From positions 2,723-66,722 of the IMG/VR virus record IMGVR_UViG_3300010050_000018: a stretch of DNA of 64,000 nucleotides; one strand, written 5' to 3'. Under the pieces are notes generated by a model, which was not told the DNA's origin, did no database searches, and worked only from the letters and a program-made list of their open reading frames with translations. Positions 1-8,343 of this stretch are shown here, in pieces (the first letter of the stretch is position 1; each line of letters begins with the position of its first letter). Source of the DNA: a virus (lineage: Duplodnaviria; Caudoviricetes). A program made the translations under genes and the position numbers.

Positions 1-170
1 TCGCGCCCCATGATCGATGCCCCGGATTTCGCGTGATCGTGGAATTCGGCCACGATGTCGTGGCCCTGCTTGTCGGCAAAGGATCGGCAGAGACTGAGCT
101 GGTCCTCGATGGACCTGTCAGTCTGGAGATCGCTTGAATACCGGGCGTATAGCGCCGCGCGTTTTGACAT
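1..170 (-). CDS. int: Large serine recombinase / integrase, N-terminal 56 codons (runs off left edge)
   Basis: Manual translation MSKRAALYARYSSDLQTDRSIEDQLSLCRSFADKQGHDIVAEFHDHAKSGASIMGR: YARxS catalytic motif, SIEDQ and D..SG motifs; not in ORF track. Confidence 0.88.
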   Translation of the reverse strand, partial: MSKRAALYARYSSDLQTDRSIEDQLSLCRSFADKQGHDIVAEFHDHAKSGASIMGR

Positions 171-312
171 CGGGTTCATCCGTTACGGGCTCGGTGACGC
201 CATAGTAATCATCATGCGCCATCTTGCGCGCAAGGGCTTCGATGATCCTGGCGAGCTCGGGTTCCAAGCCGGGCGGCGGCGCGATGACCAAGCGCTTGCG
301 CTTCATCATCAA
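118..312 (-). CDS. Small hypothetical protein overlapping integrase start (candidate recombination directionality factor)
   Basis: 64-aa ORF coupled to upstream gene (4-nt overlap); function inferred from position only. Confidence 0.45.
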   Translation of the reverse strand: MMMKRKRLVIAPPPGLEPELARIIEALARKMAHDDYYGVTEPVTDEPDVKTRGAIRPVFKRSPD

Positions 313-830
313 TCGTAGCCTTCCAGCCGAAGCCGATAGGCCTTCTCGATCGGCTTGAATATCGCGGCGGCGCGGGCGTCATGATCGAGCTCGGCACGGC
401 TTTTGATGGCGCAGGTCTTACAGAACCAGGCGCGGGCATCGTCGGCCGATGCCAGGAAGACTCCATGCTTCTTTTCGGCGAAAATCCAGAAGCCCTTTTC
501 GCCGCCCATGATGGCGGCGGAACGGGCAAGGGCTCCACCTTTGAGTTCTGGTTGAGCCGTTTGTTCGGGCTCCGGCGACGCAACGATAATTTTTGCGGCC
601 TGATCGGAGGAATGCGATTCGTGGTCCAACGCTTTGGCGACGCTAGGATTTTCGGTTCCAACTGGCCTGGAAACGGCTTCCTCGGATCGTGGCGCCACGA
701 TGTCGATGACGAGCTCGTCGCCTTCGACACGCATCCGCCAGCCGGCGGCGTCGCCAACGGTGTCACCGAGAAGGGCCTCGATGGCCTCGTTGACGCGCCA
801 CGAATAGCGATGAACCAGGATGGGTTTCAT
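309..830 (-). CDS. Phage hypothetical protein
   Basis: Coupled ORF in leftward operon; C-terminal CAIKSRAELDHD segment of a type seen in phage proteins. Confidence 0.7.
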   Translation of the reverse strand: MKPILVHRYSWRVNEAIEALLGDTVGDAAGWRMRVEGDELVIDIVAPRSEEAVSRPVGTENPSVAKALDHESHSSDQAAKIIVASPEPEQTAQPELKGGALARSAAIMGGEKGFWIFAEKKHGVFLASADDARAWFCKTCAIKSRAELDHDARAAAIFKPIEKAYRLRLEGYD

Positions 831-1168
831 ACCCGGTCCCTTTGGAAGCCGACCTCGTCGAGAAAGGCGTCGAGCCCTGCAGGCTTCTCAGGCATCAAGA
901 ATGTCGGCTTGATATGTCTGTCCCAGTGGCTGTTGAGTTGGGCCGATCGACGATCAAGGACCCTGCGGATCCTGCTCGCCTTGAGTTCATCGCCAGCACG
1001 CGTGATGCGGCGCTCCCACTTCCTGAGCTCCCGCCAGAGCCGGCGGTGCTCCTTGCGCGTAGCTTCCGGCAAGGTCCGGAAGCACTTACCGCAGATGATC
1101 TCGCTACTACGCTCGGCCTTGAACGTCCGCCGGCAGCGCGGGTTGATGCAGGGGATGCGATCAGACAT
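827..1168 (-). CDS. Zinc-finger hypothetical protein
   Basis: CINPRC...CGKC Cys pairs; start taken at MSDRIP. Confidence 0.7.
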   Translation of the reverse strand: MSDRIPCINPRCRRTFKAERSSEIICGKCFRTLPEATRKEHRRLWRELRKWERRITRAGDELKASRIRRVLDRRSAQLNSHWDRHIKPTFLMPEKPAGLDAFLDEVGFQRDRV

Positions 1169-1844
1169 CGCCGTCGACCTGGTCGATGTTCTGGCGCTCA
1201 ACCTTGAAGGTGGTGACTGTCACCCATGGATTGACGTCCCAACCGTAGCCGCGCTCGCCGTTGAGGCCGTTCCATAGCTTTCGAAACCAGAAGATAGGCG
1301 TGCCCATCTCGTTGAAGCCGACCTGGCACAGGGGATGCCCTATTGTTCCCGGTATCGTCGACACCGGGCAGCCTTCCGCGATCGCGTCGGCCTCGGTGAT
1401 GTCCTGCAGGCGTTCCACCCGCACATCGATGTCGATAAGCGTGATGCGCGACGCCCATCGCGGCATATGCATGCTTTGGCGCAGCCGCCCTACGGTCTTG
1501 TTGTGCTTCCACTCGGCGTCCGCTTCGTAGAGGACGGTTTCCTCGCCGCCCATGTCGGATGGCGCCAGATCGTCATATGCCCGGCTTTCGGTGCGCCAGG
1601 CCTCGCGGACCCACAGCCTGTCGATGCCGACGTGGGGCGGCATCGTCCCCTTCCCGCAGGCACCGCGGTTCGCCTTCGCCCATTCGAAGGCCTGCCACCC
1701 CATGAACCCGGTCCAGACCTCGATCCCATCGGGGCCGTCTCGGAACGCGGTCTGGTCGCCGACGCGTCGGGTCTTCGTTTTCCGGTCGTCGAGCAGCGCC
1801 CGGACCATCGGAGATGAGAAGAGGATGGGGAGATCGCGTTTCAT
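1161..1844 (-). CDS. ASCH/PUA-like phage protein
   Basis: MKRDLPILFSSPMVRALLDDRKTKTRR...LWVREAW...SMHMPRWASRITL...ERLQDITEADAIAEG...NPWV; TGATG overlap with upstream gene. Confidence 0.8.
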   Translation of the reverse strand: MKRDLPILFSSPMVRALLDDRKTKTRRVGDQTAFRDGPDGIEVWTGFMGWQAFEWAKANRGACGKGTMPPHVGIDRLWVREAWRTESRAYDDLAPSDMGGEETVLYEADAEWKHNKTVGRLRQSMHMPRWASRITLIDIDVRVERLQDITEADAIAEGCPVSTIPGTIGHPLCQVGFNEMGTPIFWFRKLWNGLNGERGYGWDVNPWVTVTTFKVERQNIDQVDGDV

Positions 1845-2983
1845 CACGCGACCTCCGGCATGGCGTTGTGCTCGACGCTGTCGAGCAGCCGGCCGGCGCG
1901 CTTTTTGCCGATGCGCGACACGCACTGCTCCTCGTCGTAATTGCCGTCCGAGAAATCGCACCACATGGGCCGGAACGGCTCGCTCCAGCGGCCGTCTTCC
2001 CATTCGCGGTGATCGAAGCGGCTGATCTCCGGACTGTCGTCAATGGTCCATCCATCGACTGCACCTATGTTCGGAGCCCATTCTCCCCACTGCTTGAAAA
2101 AGAAGGCGGTGCCGGCGGCGGCGCACTGGTCGCGCAGCGAGCGAACCCATTGGGGATGCATCGGGCGGGCGCCTTGGCCGCTTTCGCCGCCGACGATGAC
2201 CCAATCGAGCATTGCAGTTCGATACCAGTCGTCAGGGCCCTCTTCGTCGGCATGGACACCCAGTCCGCGAAGAGCATCGAGATCGCCGCGCTCTGTGGTG
2301 AGCAGCGTGTCGATCGGCCCGAGCAGCGGCTCGGCCGAGACGAAACGCACCGCAGCCGGCGTCGCCAGAAGGTCCGGAATGCGTTCGTCGGCGCGTGCCT
2401 GGTCTTCGGTCGAGACGCCCAGCCAGACGTTGGGTAGCGGCCAGGGGACAGAGCAATAGAGGCTGTAGATGTTGCCGCCGTGACTCTTCAGCGTGTCCAT
2501 GTATCCGCCATCGCCCTCCATGTGGTCTGCGGCTTCCAGATGAATGCGCTCGAGCGGCATCCGGCCGAGGTAGGGGATCTTCGACTGGTGACCTTTGATG
2601 TAGGTCCGCATCCGCGCGGGGCGCTTCGTCAGGACTTGGAAGGTGTGTTGCGGTGCCAGCGCCATGACGGCGAAGACCCTGTCGATCCATTCGTCAGGCA
2701 CATTCTCGGCGAACAGGTCGCCATGGGCGCAGACGAAGATGCGGCGCGGCTTGGTCCAGCGCAGGGGCTGGTCGAGCCATTGCTCGTTGAGGCGCACCTC
2801 GCCGGTCCAGACCGGGCCGGCCTTGCTGTCGCGTGTCAGTCCGGCGCGGCTTGGAATGTGCTTCAACCGCGTGCCGGCCAGCTTCATGGCGTAGCAGTTG
2901 GTGCAGCCCGGCGAGACCACGGAACAGCCGGTGATCGGGTTCCAGGTGGCGTCGGTCCATTCGATGAGGGAGTGGTCAGCCAT
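1844..2983 (-). CDS. DUF5131 (phage Gp37/Gp68) radical-SAM-like protein
   Basis: IEWTDATWNPITGCSVVSPGCTNCYA (Cx6Cx2C), HGDLF, FQVLTKRP, SAEPLLG, WVIVGGESG, FFFKQWG. Confidence 0.92.
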   Translation of the reverse strand: MADHSLIEWTDATWNPITGCSVVSPGCTNCYAMKLAGTRLKHIPSRAGLTRDSKAGPVWTGEVRLNEQWLDQPLRWTKPRRIFVCAHGDLFAENVPDEWIDRVFAVMALAPQHTFQVLTKRPARMRTYIKGHQSKIPYLGRMPLERIHLEAADHMEGDGGYMDTLKSHGGNIYSLYCSVPWPLPNVWLGVSTEDQARADERIPDLLATPAAVRFVSAEPLLGPIDTLLTTERGDLDALRGLGVHADEEGPDDWYRTAMLDWVIVGGESGQGARPMHPQWVRSLRDQCAAAGTAFFFKQWGEWAPNIGAVDGWTIDDSPEISRFDHREWEDGRWSEPFRPMWCDFSDGNYDEEQCVSRIGKKRAGRLLDSVEHNAMPEVA

Positions 2984-3242
2984 GGTCTTCGCCTCGGCGG
3001 GCCTTCAGCGCCGCCGCAGCGGCATCAAGGGCGGCGTTCGCGCATTCCTTGCAGAGATCAGCGAATTCGAGACGTTCCTGCCCGCCATAGCTGTCGGTCG
3101 ATCGACCTCCTTGCATCCTGGCGGAGCCGAAGCTCTTGGGCCGCGCAATCGTCCGCGTACCACCTGAGCCGAAGACGATCTTGTCTTCGGTGTGACCGCA
3201 ATTGTCACAGCGGATCTTGGGTGTGACGTTGACGTCAGCCAT
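2976..3242 (-). CDS. Zinc-finger hypothetical protein
   Basis: CDNC...CKEC; coupled ORF. Confidence 0.7.
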   Translation of the reverse strand: MADVNVTPKIRCDNCGHTEDKIVFGSGGTRTIARPKSFGSARMQGGRSTDSYGGQERLEFADLCKECANAALDAAAAALKARRGEDHG

Positions 3243-3462
3243 GCTCACCCCCTCTTGCGCGGCGGGCGGCGAGCGCGGCGCGGCCTGCGTCGGTGATGTT
3301 GTAGTGGAGATCGATGAAGCCGCGCCGGCATAGCCCGGTCATTGTGCCCGACAAGCCGCCTGAGACGGACTTGCCGCCGGGGAAGCCATGATTGGAGCGC
3401 TGCCCAGCATTGAGGTTTTCGAGAACCTTGCGCATAGACGGCGTCAACTTCAGCTTCGCCAT
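3235..3462 (-). CDS. Small hypothetical protein, possible winged helix
   Basis: LCRRGFIDLHYNITDAGRAAL resembles a wHTH wing. Confidence 0.65.
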   Translation of the reverse strand: MAKLKLTPSMRKVLENLNAGQRSNHGFPGGKSVSGGLSGTMTGLCRRGFIDLHYNITDAGRAALAARRARGGEHG

Positions 3463-4332
3463 CTACTCGCCCTCCTTTGCCTTCGAGGCGAGAACGCGAA
3501 TACGTTTCGCGCGTGCTCGGCAATGGTTGGCCATGCCGGGGTCGCGAATGCGATTGTATTCTTGCGCGTCTTCATCAAGCATCGCTGCCGCTTCACCTAG
3601 ACCGCTCCGGCGGCCCGCCTCGAAGGCAACAACTGTGCGGTTCTTGCCGCTCTCCTCCGTCTTCGTTGGGCTTGTGGCGGGGAGCGCAGAGACGGCAGCA
3701 TTGAGGCGGGCCTGCGCGGCAAGGACGCGCTTTACCCAGACGCGCGCTTGATCCTTCTCGAAGTCCTCAGGCGCTGAGACAGGCGTAGGAGCGGGGTGGG
3801 CTAGCGCAGACCGGATCACGCGCTCATAGTGCGCCTCTACAGCGGCCATCCCGGCTTCAACGTCAGCCACTTCATGGTGGACGCCATCAGGGCCCATCCA
3901 TGCTGGCGGCAGCGGCCCGGACACAGTGGCCTCAGCTTGGCAATCCGAGAACCTCCCCAGCACGGTGTCCGTTACCCTTACGATAAGCTGCTTCTGCCAC
4001 ATCGTCAGAAGAGCTGACTTCTTCCACTCCAGCGCCTTGATAGTCGGCTCTGCTGCCGGCGCCGGCGCCAGCCGATCGCGGCAGATGTCCGTCTCGATCT
4101 CGCCGATCCAGCGGCCGCAAATCTGGCAGTTGTCGGCGCCCTTGGCGTTGGGGCCGTCACCGGTGAACTGGTGCATTGAAGGCCGCGCGTCCCCCTCGAC
4201 GAACTTCGACTTCAGGATATTGCCGCTTGCATCGACAATCATCTCGGCCGCGTCCCATCCAGCGCGCGAGCCGCGAAGCCTGCCCTTCTGCGCATATTCA
4301 GCGGTCTCGTCAGGCGTAAGAACGATCAGCAT
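3463..4332 (-). CDS. Phage hypothetical protein (mosaic)
   Basis: Long ORF in operon, start at MLIVLTP overlapping upstream stop; CQIC motif. Confidence 0.65.
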   Translation of the reverse strand: MLIVLTPDETAEYAQKGRLRGSRAGWDAAEMIVDASGNILKSKFVEGDARPSMHQFTGDGPNAKGADNCQICGRWIGEIETDICRDRLAPAPAAEPTIKALEWKKSALLTMWQKQLIVRVTDTVLGRFSDCQAEATVSGPLPPAWMGPDGVHHEVADVEAGMAAVEAHYERVIRSALAHPAPTPVSAPEDFEKDQARVWVKRVLAAQARLNAAVSALPATSPTKTEESGKNRTVVAFEAGRRSGLGEAAAMLDEDAQEYNRIRDPGMANHCRARAKRIRVLASKAKEGE

Positions 4333-4598
4333 TTCGTGGTTCCTCCGACCATTTCGGCGACGCAAGCGTTCCAGCCGTCGTTCCAGTTCTTGCGCCAAGA
4401 CGTCGCGAAGGGATCGTCAACCGGCTTCGGGGCCGGGATTGTTGCCGCCGGCCGCGCCGCCTCAGCGTCGCGGAGACGCAGGAGCACCCGCTCAACGATA
4501 TCGCGGTCGAACGAGGGGAAAGCGAAAGCGGAAAGCCGGCGCTCGAGCTCGTCGAGGTCGGCATCCGTCGCCGGCGTCACGCCTTCGCGAGCGAGCAT
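4326..4598 (-). CDS. Hypothetical protein
   Basis: MLAREGVTP...GWNACVAEM; preceded by GAGGAGGGGG RBS. Confidence 0.6.
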   Translation of the reverse strand: MLAREGVTPATDADLDELERRLSAFAFPSFDRDIVERVLLRLRDAEAARPAATIPAPKPVDDPFATSWRKNWNDGWNACVAEMVGGTTKC

Positions 4599-4993
4599 GA
4601 GACCCCCCTCCTCTGCAGCGCGTTCAAAATGCTGGTGTGGTCGCGGCCGTCGAAGATCCTGGCCAGGCCGTGCAAGCTCAGATGCGGGTGGACCAGCTTG
4701 ACGGCCACGACGGCGTCGAAACGAGCCTCGACGACGTGCTGGCGCCTCGACCTCGACATGATCTCGGCAACGGTGACGAGGTGCCAGGCCGCGACGCGTT
4801 CGATGATCTCGCGTGCCGGCGTCTTTGGCCCCGGCCTCGGGATGTTGGCGAGCCGGCTGTAGATTTGCCAGTCCCGTCTCGCATCGGCGAGCAGCTTGGC
4901 CGCCGCCCTCTCCCGGAGACGATCGAGCTCGGCCAGCGCCCATGCGCGCGAGATATCGCGCTGAATCTTGGATATCGGCGTGTGCAGCATCAC
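4577..4993 (-). CDS. Stand-alone DnaA domain IV (Bac_DnaA_C-like) HTH protein
   Basis: IIERVAAWHLVTVAEIMSRSRRQHVVEARF...LSLHGLARIFDGRDHTSILNA closely parallels the DnaA C-terminal GGRDHTTVLHA region. Confidence 0.85.
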   Translation of the reverse strand: MMLHTPISKIQRDISRAWALAELDRLRERAAAKLLADARRDWQIYSRLANIPRPGPKTPAREIIERVAAWHLVTVAEIMSRSRRQHVVEARFDAVVAVKLVHPHLSLHGLARIFDGRDHTSILNALQRRGVSCSLAKA

Positions 4994-5571
4994 CCACCTA
5001 TCTCTTTGAGGGCTTCCGCCCTGGCTTGATTGAGTTCAGCCATCGCGGCGTCGGTGCCGCCGGCGTCGGGGTGCGCCTTTCGAGCCAGATCCTTCCAGGC
5101 CTGATCAACCATCGTCTTTGAAGGCAGTTGAATGTCATGAAAGCCAAAGACTTCACGCCATGAGCGCTTACGCTTTCCTGCCGGCGGCAACGCAAGAAAC
5201 CCGGTGAAGGTCGCCCTGACCAAGGCGAGCGTTCCGTGCCTGAGTTCGGTGCGGCGCGCCTCGATGATGTGATGGATCGCCTGCAGGTTCGCTTCGACGG
5301 TCTGGTATCGGTCGACGGGAATGCAGACCTGCATTCCGTCCCAGGTGAACCAGACAGCGACGCCAGGATCCTCGGGGCGCATCATCCCGAGCGTCACATT
5401 CGAAGACATCACCAACCCGCTGACGGCTTTTCCGCTGTCCTTTGCGAAGGCGGAGATTGAACTCGATACGTTGTAGAGCGCGCCGGTGAGCTGAGTCTTG
5501 AACTGCCCCTTCTCGCGCGCCTTCGAACGCGGGATATTGTCGGGCCAGGTCAGCGGATAGGCTGCGGTCAC
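4990..5571 (-). CDS. Phage J-domain (DnaJ-like) protein
   Basis: C-terminal WKDLARKAHPDAGG...MAELNQARAEAL with HPD motif; N-terminal AYPLTWP...DPGVAVWF domain. Confidence 0.88.
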   Translation of the reverse strand: MTAAYPLTWPDNIPRSKAREKGQFKTQLTGALYNVSSSISAFAKDSGKAVSGLVMSSNVTLGMMRPEDPGVAVWFTWDGMQVCIPVDRYQTVEANLQAIHHIIEARRTELRHGTLALVRATFTGFLALPPAGKRKRSWREVFGFHDIQLPSKTMVDQAWKDLARKAHPDAGGTDAAMAELNQARAEALKEIGG

Positions 5572-5825
5572 CTGCTCGCCCTCCAGCTAAGCTCTTCCTC
5601 GATCTCGCGCTGGTGCCGATCGAGGTCGGCGCGGACCTCAAACATGATCTCGACCTGCCCCTGATCGCTGAGACGGACCGGTTTTGCGCCAACGACGAGC
5701 CGCATAGGCTCGCCGGCGTCGATGCCCGCGATGGCTGCATTGACCTCTTCGAGGCGTTTCTTGAGCCGCATCGTGTCCGCGATTTTTGGCAGCACGGATT
5801 CGGTCTTGGTCTGATCGGTGATCAT
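5568..5825 (-). CDS. Hypothetical protein
   Basis: GGAG RBS before MITDQ; coupled to J-domain gene. Confidence 0.6.
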   Translation of the reverse strand: MITDQTKTESVLPKIADTMRLKKRLEEVNAAIAGIDAGEPMRLVVGAKPVRLSDQGQVEIMFEVRADLDRHQREIEEELSWRASR

Positions 5826-5857
5826 GACGTTCTCCATTCGTGAAGGGTTGCGGGCGA

Positions 5858-6250
5858 TCACCACGGGATTTCGGGATCGTCTCTCGCCGGCATGTCTTCG
5901 GCGGCTTCGCTGTCGTTACGGTCCGGTGGCGCGATGAAGCGTGCCGGCGAGATGTAAGGCCGGTTGATCTTCATGACGCTGGCTTCATCCGTCAGCGTCA
6001 TCGAGAAGATTGAGGCGCCGCCGTACCAGTGCGAGGTCCAGCGCTCGACAGTGAACTCGATGGGCTTCCCGGCCTCGGCAACCTCCGGCGCAACCATCGT
6101 CGGGACATCGACGCGCAGCATCTTGGCGCCGAACTTCTCTTCTTCACGGATCCGGCCGGCGTGCCGCCGATGGCCGAATATCTCGACTATGGCCCATTCG
6201 AAGCCGTCGTCTTCGGCCTCGGTGGCCGGCGTTTCAGTCGCGGTATCCAA
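5858..6250 (-). CDS. Phage hypothetical protein with SSB-like acidic C-terminal tail
   Basis: EWAIVEIFGHRRHAG...MLRVDVP motif; ends DDPEIPW. Confidence 0.75.
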   Translation of the reverse strand: MDTATETPATEAEDDGFEWAIVEIFGHRRHAGRIREEEKFGAKMLRVDVPTMVAPEVAEAGKPIEFTVERWTSHWYGGASIFSMTLTDEASVMKINRPYISPARFIAPPDRNDSEAAEDMPARDDPEIPW

Positions 6251-6488
6251 GGATTCTCTCCTTCAATGCCTTGAGCTCGTCGCGTGCGCAGCGAGCATCG
6301 TTGAGGTATCGGTTGTTGGTTTCGAGCAGCTCAGTGACGCGCTTGTTGTGGGCGGTGAAGACCGGCTGCAGGGCGCGCAGCGCGGCGGCGGCGACGCCAT
6401 CGGACGAGCCGTTGGCGTGGGCGTAGCGCTGCAACGCGGCCTGAAAGGCCTCGTCGGATCGGATGATGTCGACGGTGATCAGCGGCAT
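6234..6488 (-). CDS. Hypothetical coiled-coil protein
   Basis: Coupled ORF, phage-like codon usage. Confidence 0.65.
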   Translation of the reverse strand: MPLITVDIIRSDEAFQAALQRYAHANGSSDGVAAAALRALQPVFTAHNKRVTELLETNNRYLNDARCARDELKALKERILGYRD

Positions 6489-6745
6489 GAGCGCTCTCCC
6501 TCGATGCCAGTGCGCTGGCCGTTGCGCTTCGCGACGCGAGAGATCGAGGCGTCGAGCTTGCCGACGTCAATCGCGGTCCTGACGATCTTGATAACGTCGC
6601 TTTCGTTGAGGGAACGGCGCTCACGACGGGTCTGGAGGATGGCGCCCAGCAGTCCCATGATCACGATGAAGAGGATCAGCAGGATGATCATCGTGCCGAG
6701 GAACGACCAGAACGAGTGCAGCGCGATTTCAAAGAAGCGGTTCAT
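6479..6745 (-). CDS. Small single-pass membrane protein
   Basis: Hydrophobic FWSFLGTMIILLILFIVIMGLLGAIL. Confidence 0.7.
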   Translation of the reverse strand: MNRFFEIALHSFWSFLGTMIILLILFIVIMGLLGAILQTRRERRSLNESDVIKIVRTAIDVGKLDASISRVAKRNGQRTGIEGERSCR

Positions 6746-7083
6746 CGCGCCGGGCTCCCCGCAAGACCGCAGTAGCCGAGCTTGATCTCCTCGGGCTTCT
6801 TGACCCCGTTGGTCGGGGTCGAGATCCGCACCTGAGACTCATGGTCAAAGAAAACCGGGCCGACGCCGCCGTTGGGGAAATCGAAGATCGTATGACCTGG
6901 CTTGGCCTCCTGCTTCCATTTCGAGCGGCCCCAGCGCCACATCGCGCAGCTTGTGCCCAGGCAACGAGCAAAGGCATGACCGGTGGCGAGGTCATGCTCC
7001 ATGGGATAACGATTGCAACCAGGGCTGTTGCCGACGCGTGCGAGCGGGCACCACAGCTCCAAGGCTTCCTGTTCGGTGTGCAT
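6742..7083 (-). CDS. Cys-rich phage hypothetical protein
   Basis: WCPLAR...GCNR...CLGTSCAMWRW...GYCGLAG; start MHTEQ shares TGATG with exonuclease stop. Confidence 0.7.
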   Translation of the reverse strand: MHTEQEALELWCPLARVGNSPGCNRYPMEHDLATGHAFARCLGTSCAMWRWGRSKWKQEAKPGHTIFDFPNGGVGPVFFDHESQVRISTPTNGVKKPEEIKLGYCGLAGSPAR

Positions 7084-7892
7084 CAGAACCCCTTCTCCAT
7101 TTCCTTGCGCCAGGCATCGGGGTCGTGCGGCTCCGAGGCGTAGGCATCTTCTGGTCGGGGGCGTGGTTTTGCCGGCGGCGCGGCTGCAGCGCGCTTGCTG
7201 ACCTCTTGGCGGGCGGTGTGAACGACGTCCTCGCGAGCCGGATCCGACGGCATGTTGGATTTGTTCAGGATCCAGTCGAGGTAGCTGTCGGGGATCTCGG
7301 AGAAGCGTTTCCCGCTGTGCTCGCCGAAGTCGATCTTGATCAGGGTGACCGGCTTCCCCGTCATCTCGATCAGCGTTTCGGGCTGATAGATCTTCAGGAG
7401 GTCGAGCAGGATATGCGCGGTGACCCAAGTGTCGGGGCCGGCGCGGTGTGACGGCTCCGTCCTGCTGTCACCGAGGCAGAGGCCTCGCTCATAGCGGATC
7501 GAACCGTTCTTGTGGCTCTGCAGCTCCGGCCATGCCGTCCTCGCCGCCTTGAATGTGCAAATCCATGGCAGGTTGTGACCGCGAACAAATCGGCTGTCGA
7601 AGCTGACATTGTGGGCGCAGAGGATATCGGCACCCTTAACGATCCTGGCTCTGACCTCGTCCGGGTTTTCACCCTGAGCGGCATCGGCTTCGGTGATATG
7701 ATGCACTGCCATCGCCGGGAACGTGATCGGCATGCCGGGATTGACGAGAACGGAGTGCGGTCCGCTCTCGATCTGCCAGCCCGCCAGAAACAACCGGACG
7801 TCGGTCCAACCGATCTCGACCATCTCGGCGGGGTCGTCCATCGCGCTGGTCTCGGTGTCGACGACCCGGATCAGGGTGAAGGGCTCAGCCAC
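7083..7892 (-). CDS. Exodeoxyribonuclease X-like DEDDh 3'-5' exonuclease
   Basis: VDTET (ExoI), CAHNVSFD (ExoII), HRAGPDT (ExoIII), C-terminal FGEHSGKRFSEIPDSYLDWI domain. Confidence 0.9.
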   Translation of the reverse strand: MAEPFTLIRVVDTETSAMDDPAEMVEIGWTDVRLFLAGWQIESGPHSVLVNPGMPITFPAMAVHHITEADAAQGENPDEVRARIVKGADILCAHNVSFDSRFVRGHNLPWICTFKAARTAWPELQSHKNGSIRYERGLCLGDSRTEPSHRAGPDTWVTAHILLDLLKIYQPETLIEMTGKPVTLIKIDFGEHSGKRFSEIPDSYLDWILNKSNMPSDPAREDVVHTARQEVSKRAAAAPPAKPRPRPEDAYASEPHDPDAWRKEMEKGF

Positions 7893-8322
7893 TGGCCCCT
7901 CCGTTCATCAACAGGAACCTGCCGTCATAGAATTCGGAAGCTGGCCGGACGAAGGTGAGGCCGGCTGCGTTGTCGTAGACAACGGCAGCTTCCATGGTGG
8001 CCTCGATGTGGGCGTGGCCGATGACGACCCTATAAAGTCGAAGGGTTTTCAGATGTTGGTGCGTAGGCACCCACGCAATGGACGGAGTGACAGCAGCAGG
8101 GGCACGGCCTTGCTCCTTCAGGGCGCGAAAGAAGCTGTCGCGGGCGCCGGTCTCGATCCGCTTCATCATGCCGTCGAAGTCCGGCCGTTCTGCCATGGCC
8201 GCCGAGGCACCGAGCACCATCGAGAGAGCGATGAAGCATGCGACGGTGTTCCTGCCCTGGAGTACCGCCCCGAGCTCGTTGGCGATATCGACGGCCTCGG
8301 CTGCGATTTCGGTGTTGTCCAT
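7885..8322 (-). CDS. Hypothetical protein (C-terminal YRVVIGHA...VVYD...FVRPASEFYDGRF domain)
   Basis: Coupled ORF starting inside the 24-bp repeat. Confidence 0.65.
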   Translation of the reverse strand: MDNTEIAAEAVDIANELGAVLQGRNTVACFIALSMVLGASAAMAERPDFDGMMKRIETGARDSFFRALKEQGRAPAAVTPSIAWVPTHQHLKTLRLYRVVIGHAHIEATMEAAVVYDNAAGLTFVRPASEFYDGRFLLMNGGASG

Positions 8323-8343
8323 CAGAAGCGCTCCGGGATCGCT
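8320..8343 (-). repeat. 24-bp repeat copy 1 (AGCGATCCCGGAGCGCTTCTGATG on minus strand)
   Basis: Exact inverted copy of 19774-19797. Confidence 0.9.
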
